NCBI RefSeq assembly: GCF_009914755.1
Contig: NC_060932.1
Direction: 5' to 3' (one strand)
Length of the DNA: 64,000 bases
Source of the DNA: the human T2T-CHM13v2.0 reference genome, Homo sapiens
In this document: piece by piece, positions 56,730 through 64,000 of the stretch
Layout: each line of letters begins with the position of its first letter
Position numbering within the stretch: the stretch's first letter is position 1
Program-made: the position numbers and the translations under genes
The notes under the pieces: generated by a model
Told to the model about the DNA's origin: nothing
Database searches by the model: none
Seen by the model: the letters and a program-made list of their open reading frames with translations, nothing else

Positions 56730-57252
56730 AACCTACAAAATGGAATACTATTTAGTCTTTCAAAAGAAAGAAAAATGGTCATTTTCAACAACATGGATGA
56801 ATCTAGAGAACATTATGCAAAGTGAACTAGGCCAGACACAGGGAGACAAATGCCACATGATGTCACTCATATGTGGAATCTCAAATAGTTGAATTCATAG
56901 CAAAAGAGAGTAGAATCGTGGTTATCAGAGGTCGAAGCAAGATCAGTAAATGGATAAAGAGGAGACGTTGGTCAAAGGGTACACCATTTCAGTTAGAGAG
57001 GAGGAAGAGGTTCTGGTGATCTATTGTACAATATAGTGACTATAGTTAATAATCATGTATTGTATATTTCAAAATGGTGAAAAGAGTAGATTTTGAATGT
57101 TCCCACCCCAAGGAAATGATAAATATGTGAGGTAATAGATATGCTAATTGGCCTGATTTGATCATTCCACAATGGGTGCATGTATCAAAACATCACCTTG
57201 TACTCCAAAATATATGCAATTATGATTTGTCAATTAAAGATAAAGTTAAAAC
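56730..57252 (+). mobile_element. L1MA (about L1MA7-9) 3' end
   Basis: AATGGAATACTATTTAG, CAACATGGATGAATCTAGAG, GACTATAGTTAATAAT, ATCATTCCACAATG, TGTCAATTAAA. Confidence 0.88.
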
Positions 57253-58507
57253 AATAGACACATCTTACATTTGTCTTTAATTTATACTCATTTAATGAGA
57301 GATAGAGTCTTTCATTCCACAGTTCAAGTAAGGGTTAAAAGCCACCTCTGCTAGGAGAGGAAATCCACTGAGTCTCTTCTACAATAAAGCACCCATTTAT
57401 CAGACTCTGAGACTATCTGTGTTTGTTATAAGGAACAGTGTTCAGAGAATCAATGGCAACCAAGAAGACAAGTACCACAAGAGTGACTCTGAGGCTGGAA
57501 AAGGAATCAGAGGAAACAAGTGCATTCATGAAAGTCAAATTTCACCCACTTCTCAATTTTACATCTGTCAGGCTATGCCTGCATGTGAAGGCCTCAGAAA
57601 AAGTTTCTGATCCTATGGAGAAAATGGAACACAAACCAGAGGCTCTGCAATGATTATATCCACTATTTGGATTTCTTTTAAATAGAGAATCCTGTGTAAA
57701 TGTACAAGGTAATAAGTATGGGGAATAAAAAAGGATAATGAAGAGAATGCACATTATAAATATTAAGTCAACAGAAAAGCTTTTGTGAGTTTACGATAGT
57801 TGCAATCAGTCTAATACATAACTGTTAAATGATGATACCATTATGGAATAAGTGTTCTTAGTCACAGTAGCCTTGCTGCACTCCCATACTACCCTCTGTG
57901 CTGGCGGACTGCAGGATGCCCCTCCAGCCAACCTTCGGCCAGGTCCATGGCCAGGTGTCTGACTCTGCTGCTTCTTGGGCTGACCTGGCAATGGGAGGGA
58001 CATATGCTGCAGACAGGAGCCTGGAGAAACATGGACCGGCCACTCTTCAGAAGGAATTCTTGCATTCAGCTTTGCTGGTTTTTTTTAGCTTTTTAAATTT
58101 CTTATCTATCACTGCTTTGCACAATTTTTAATCTAGTTATGAAAATTGGGGATATAAAGACTGTGCTCCAGTAAAGTTTCCCAGGGGTTTTTGAATGAGA
58201 TTGGAGATGGTCTGTGAAATGGCAAAGCCTGGCTGGGGCTGATGTGCCCAGGTAGACTCCGAGACCCTTAGCCAACATCGGGATCTCCAGCTACCTAGCG
58301 CTCCAGCCTAGTGGAGAGTCTTGAGCTTTGGAATTACTACGACTCTTGGCCATGAAGGATATTTTCCTAACAATTCTTCATAAAGTTAGAATAGAAAGAC
58401 AAAAATCTCATTTTTCTTGGGGTCAAAGTAAAGTTGGATTTTTCCAAAATAACTTTTCTACAAAAAATAAAGGGGGCAGAAGGGAAAGTGGGTGACAGAA
58501 GGCAAGA

Positions 58508-58655
58508 ACACACACACACACACACACACACACACTCAAGAACACGCACAATGAAGTTACAGAGAACCTGTATCTGAGTTCCTGCCTGCTGGCTCTAACC
58601 CTCATATCTTTAAGGGTGAATACATGTCTCAAACTAACAAAATTAAGTCCTTTTG

Positions 58656-58690
<35 letters not shown>
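58508..58690. repeat. Two (CA)n microsatellites (about 58508-58535 and 58658-58690)
   Basis: Seen directly in the sequence. Confidence 0.95.
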
Positions 58691-58691
<1 letters not shown>

Positions 58692-58841
58692 TCTTTGTAT
58701 ATATTCTATTGTACATTATTATACAGTGGAAAGATCTAGGAGAGAACACAAAGTGTGGAGATAACTTTTTAAAAAGGGTAAAAAAACTAACCCAAATAAC
58801 TCCCTTGTCTGGTCCTCTCTCATTCTATTATATCCATCTTT

Positions 58842-59164
58842 CTTTTTTAAACTTTTATGTATGTATTTATGTATGTATGTATTTTTTTGAGACATAGGTC
58901 TCACTCTGTCACCCTGTGCAGTGGTGAGATCATAGTTCACTGTAGCCTCAAACCCCTGGGTTCAAGTAATCCTCCCACCTCAGCCTCCTGGATAGCTTGG
59001 ACTACAGGTGTGCATCACCAAGCCTGACTAAGTTTTCTTGTTTTTTGTAGAGATGAAGTCTCCCTAAGCTGTCCAGGCTGGTCTTGAATTCCTGGGCCCA
59101 AGCAATCCTCCTGCCTCAGCCTCCTAAAATGTTGAGATTACAGGTGTGAACCACAGAACTAGCC
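58842..59164 (-). mobile_element. AluJ with (TATG)n tail
   Basis: CACTGTAGCCTCAAACCCCTGGG and TCCTGGGCCCAAGCAATCCTCC are J-type arms. Confidence 0.92.
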
Positions 59165-59566
59165 CCTTATATCTGTCTTAATGTTCTGGATGACTTTGCA
59201 GAGGATGTGAAGGCTAGAATGGTAGCTCAGCAGAATCCAATAGGTCCATTTATTTAGTGATACTTGAAAAGGCACAGTTGCCAGTGGCTCCATCTTGATT
59301 GCACAGAGGCATTCTCATGATTCCACAGGTCACCTCTCTGCATTGTTCTCATCACAAATGCAGCACAAGCAGTGTCTGCTAATGAACAGACTAACAAAAA
59401 ACATTTTTTGATATCTAGGTTTGGTTTGCCAAGTAATTTTAAAGATGTATCAGAAACTTGCCTTGATAGTTCTGGAAAGTTCTGGGAAGATCTTGGGATA
59501 GTTCCAGAAAAAAGAAAAAAAGGTTTTTGTCAACTTAGCTCCCTTTACTTAAAAAAAAAGTATAGA

Positions 59567-59920
<354 letters not shown>

Positions 59921-60398
59921 TCACAGGACTTGCATAAGAATTCATCAACTTTACAAACCAAATTTCCTAAACAGTTAAAAGAATGACTAAAGCTAGCTTA
60001 ATCACAGTAAGAATTATTTTGTAAATATGTGTCAAATATGTCCAATATCTCTAGAGATCTGTGTCAAGGCAGCAGATAAAATAATCTATCTGTGGATAAA
60101 AGTGTAGCAAAGGTGCTAACTGGGCACATTGCTAAATGAGCAAAATTACCGCTAAAAGCCTTTTAAAAGAAAAGAGAAGATGGCTGAGGCTTTGATGTCA
60201 CAATATAATGGAAAAAAAAGTCAAACTTTATGTGGAAAAAACATTTACATTTATTTTGGTTAGGTGACTTTCCAAATCTTGTTAGACAAATGGGAATGAA
60301 AGAAAAGCTCAGATTTTTTTGCACACTTTAAACATCTCAAGAATTTGTACAGAAAAGAATTATTCTAAAAAACAGTGTTTTAGTGATTTTATTCTTTT

Positions 60399-60736
60399 AT
60401 TTTTTAAGCTACTGTATTGAAGTAGGATTGGCATACTAAAAGCTATAAATATTTCATGTACACAACTTGATGCATTTGGAGATAAATGTACACCTTTGAA
60501 ACCATCATCACAATCTGTGCTCTTACCCATTCATCACCTCTGTGTTTCCTCTGCCCTCTTTTTTTATTCTTATTATTTTAATTGTGATAAAAGCACTTAA
60601 CATAAGATCTGCCTTCTTAGCAAATTTTTAAGTATACAATACAGTATTTTTAAGTATACAATACAGTATTTTTAAGTTTAGGCACTCTGCCTATTAGATC
60701 TCTAGGATTTATTAGTCAAAGGATATAAGGTTTCAG
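60399..60736 (-). mobile_element. L1MA9-like 3' end with a short inverted 5' segment
   Basis: CTTAACATAAGATCT..CTTAGCAAATTTTTAAGTATACAATACAGTATT; TSD TTATTCTTTT at 60389 and 60737. Confidence 0.8.
60624..60677. repeat. Perfect 22-bp tandem repeat, 2.5 copies (ATTTTTAAGTATACAATACAGT)
   Basis: Units start at 60624, 60646 and 60668 (partial). Confidence 0.95.
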
Positions 60737-60783
60737 TTATTCTTTTTTTAAATGACTTTACAAATGTTGGGATCATGAACAAG

Positions 60784-60848
60784 CAGCCTGGGCAACAAAG
60801 CGAGAATCCGTCTAAAATAATGATAATAATAAAATAAATAAAAATAAA
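60784..60848 (+). mobile_element. Severely 5'-truncated Alu (last 30 nt or so plus A-rich tail)
   Basis: CAGCCTGGGCAACAAAGCGAGAATCCGTCT followed by (TAAAA)n. Confidence 0.8.
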
Positions 60849-60947
60849 GTGAACTCATTTCCTCTCTCTAAAATGGCCTTATACTCTTTATTTGATTGAA
60901 ATTTAAACTTTTAAAGATATTTAAACCTGAAAAAGTTGGCAGGTCAT

Positions 60948-61136
60948 TAAGGTTGTCAAATTTACCAAATAAAAATACAGGATGCTCAATTAAATTTGAA
61001 TTTTGGATAAATAACAAACAGATTTTTAGTATAAGTATGTCCCAAATACCTGCATACTTATTGTACGCAGGTTAAAAGAGTTGTTATCTGAAATTCAAAT
61101 TCAATTAGTCATCTGGTACTTTATCTGTTAAACTTA
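60948..61136. mobile_element. MER53 palindromic hAT MITE
   Basis: TAAGGTTGTCAAATTTACCAAATAAAAATACAGGA..TTTTAGTATAAGTATGTCCCA..TATCTGAAATTCAAAT; 8-bp flanks CAGGTCAT/GAGGCCAT. Confidence 0.85.
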
Positions 61137-62344
61137 GAGGCCATAAAACAATTCATACCTGCACCAAATGGCGCACTGTTCTAGCGGGTGAACATTCAAT
61201 AATATAGGGTATCCAACAAAAGTTATGCTAGGTTATCAAGGGCAAAGAGTAGGAAAAATAATTAAACATTTAGTCTTCCTAATCATTGTGGCTGAGAGGG
61301 ACATCACACATACACAGTCAATGTGGCTATCAGGAGACTAGAGAAGCCAAATACTTCAGACCATTTGGCTGTCCCAGTTTTCTCACTGGGTCAAATAGGG
61401 TCATCCCTTTAAGACAATATATCATTAACTCTATCTAGTACCAAGGTAAAGATTGTTTTCAAACCTAATACACAGGTATGTTCTTCCTTCATAAGAACAA
61501 CCTGGCAAAGTTGTGGCAAGTTTAGCCTCTTCCCTAGAAAAGCTATCTGCTAGAGGAGGGCTATTAATATTCTCTCCATTTCTCCATCCCCAGGATATGT
61601 GAGCTAAGTCAAGAGGATTGGAGGGAATGTGTACAATATACTACCAGATTTAGAGGAGGAGCACTGCCGTGCATATGCTCAGAAGGAGCAGAGATCATTT
61701 CCATTCTAGCAGCTCTGGAAACCTCACATATAAGCCATATTTCATGAGACCAAAATGACTGTCCCAGTTTCCCTAGGGAAGATATTTAAAAGATACCAAA
61801 GTTTTCTCTGAGTAAAAAAAGGGTATGAGGAGGCAAAGTCAAACCTTATCTACTTGTTCCTGTGTCAGATTCTTCATGAGTGTATAACTCTTGGGATGAA
61901 ACTGGAGAAGTTTTGGAATTTGAAGATACCATGGAGGCCATGTTCTATTCTGAGCTATGAGGTGCAGGTGTAAATTCCTTCGCAGCTTTAGAATTCCTGT
62001 ACATTTCTCCATGGCTGCCTTCCCAGTGTGTTTAACCAAGCACATGTCTGTGCCCACACACTAGATAAGAACTGATCCCAAGCAGTCGAGAAGCTTTCAT
62101 CTGCCTTTTGTTTCCACGGTGGCAATGAAGAACAAAGAAAGCCGGGAACTATGCCTAACTATGAGTAACCACAGATGATCTTCAGTAACTGTTCTCATCT
62201 TTCCATTGTGGAGGAGATGTCTCATACTGAAGCATGCTTTGCCTACAAAAATAAATACATATTTGACACTTGGAAAACCATATTTCTTTAGAAATATGTC
62301 AGTGACCAGTACATCCTGAAGCTAGCATGGTGGGGAATATCCCA

Positions 62345-63100
62345 TGGATAATTTATTGAGTCACTAAATAAATACTTCTTTAGCGCATATCAAGTGACAG
62401 ATATTGTGCTAAATGTTAATCATACAATGATGAAACAAAGATACAAGGTCTCTGCCATCACAAACTCCGTCCAGAGGGAAGAAACAGTAAAATGATAATT
62501 ACTGCCCATTGCGATGAGTGCTACAGTTGTACAGAGCCCGGTGGAGAGAGGAAGCGAGCCCAGCCTGGAAGCATTCTATAGAAAACTCCCCAAAAGATGC
62601 CCATTTAAGCAAAAAGTTGAAAATTGAGTAGAAATCTACAAAGTGAAGAGTGTGCGTCTGTGTGTTTGTGTGTGTGCAAAAAAAAAAAAGGAGTAAGGTC
62701 AGTGTTCCAGGAAAAAAAAACTATGCAAAGGCTCATAAGAAATGAAAATAATTTTAGTAAGGATGCAGTTTAAACCAAGGTTGATAATTTTTAAGAGGTG
62801 AAGCTGGAGAGGAAAATAGAAACCAGAAACCAGATCCCAAAAACATTTCCAGCAATATTAAGTTTAAACTTTCTCCTGAGGACAATACTGAGATTATGAA
62901 GGTTTTTAAACCAGGGTAATGGCATAATGAGATTTGTATTTTATAAAAATCTCTATAGTTGCCAAGTAGAAAATAGGTTGAAGAGGGAAACCATTTAGGA
63001 CACTCTAAGCTTATAGTAGAGGAATGGATAAGCTTAAAGGTATAGATGCCATTTTAAAAAAATATTTGAAGGGAAAGAATTTGATTAGATGGAATAAAAA
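62345..63100 (-). mobile_element. L2 fragment
   Basis: CACTAAATAAATACT..GTGCTAAATG..AAGGTCTCTGCCATCA; GAAGGTTTTTAAACCAGGGTAATGGCATAATGAGATTTGTATTTT. Confidence 0.7.
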
Positions 63101-63114
63101 AGAGAAAATCATTT

Positions 63115-64000
63115 AACCTAAGCAAGCAACCTAGCACCCAAATGTTGGTTTCTAATATCATTCTCCAGAAAAAAAGGACTGGAACTCCTTTCAGAAATGG
63201 TTATTTCTAGGACTGAGGCAGGAAATTTACAAAATGAGCCTTGAGCATCTTGTTGTGCTGGAAAATAAGGAAGTACAGAAAAAACCACACACACCCACAC
63301 ACACAGTGATTTGAGTATATCAAAGGCACATGGGAGCCAACAAAAAGAGTTCCCAATAGCAAAATCTAGAGCAATTTGAACAATAAAATAATCACAGTAG
63401 AATTAGATTATAGTATAAACTATAAAATAAATATATCCATGAGTTTATTCAAATATAAATGACTGAATAAACAAAGAGGATAGATAAACCTCACATGCAG
63501 AATTATTTTGAATAATTTATGTAGATACTCCACCCTCAAGGAGGTGAAATATAACTCCCCACTCCTTAAGGCTGGGGTGTGCATAATGAATTCCTTCCAA
63601 AGAGTACAGGATGACTAAGAGTGACCAAGATGATCAACAGCCAGGTGACCAAAGTCAACATCAGCAGCAATAAATCATGGTAATAGTATGCACACTTGAT
63701 ATGATGTGATGAAAATGGGACTTTCCCTCTGTGGTCTTTCTCTCAAAAACACATATCCCAGTCTAATCCTGAGAGAAACATCAGGAAAATTCCAGTCGAG
63801 GAGCATTCTCCAAAATATCTGACCAGTGCTTTCAAAACTATTAAATCGCCAACAACAAGGAAAGCCTATGAAACTGTCACAGCCAAGAGGAGGAGTCTAA
63901 AAATAGGTGATGAATAAATTTAATATAGTATTCTATATGGGATCCTGAAACAGAAAAAGGACACTCAGTAAAAATTAAGGAAATCTGAATAAACTATGGA
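63115..64000 (+). mobile_element. L1MC (L1MC1-3-like) 3' UTR, running off the window end
   Basis: GGTTTCTAATATCATTCTCCA, CCCTCAAGGAGGTG..AACTCCCCACTCCTTAAG, GGGATCCTGAAACAGAAAAAGGAC. Confidence 0.85.

Overview
Primate (very likely human) non-coding genomic DNA, judged from AluJ/S/Y, L1PA/L1PB, MER4A and MaLR content. I recognise no protein-coding exon, tRNA, rRNA, CpG island or CRISPR array. Every long ORF in the track is explained by decayed L1 ORF1/ORF2, Alu sequence, simple repeats or chance. Roughly half the window is interspersed repeat. The main elements are a full-length L1PB (20.8-28.0 kb) that split a MER5C-like element and later took two AluY insertions, a 5'-inverted L1PA missing about 2.4 kb (33.3-35.8 kb), about 13 Alus, solo LTRs, Tigger and hAT DNA transposons, and many MIR, L2 and L3 relics. 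L1 and LTR orientations are mixed, which fits intergenic sequence. I find no credible new multi-gene system. The best signals are small: a MER53 arm within 1 nt of mature miR-1302, three hairpins that look like template-switch products, two L1 twin-priming inversions, two GGAA microsatellites, and a few candidate enhancer or smORF islands. Subfamily names come from recalled consensus sequences and need RepeatMasker/Dfam confirmation.
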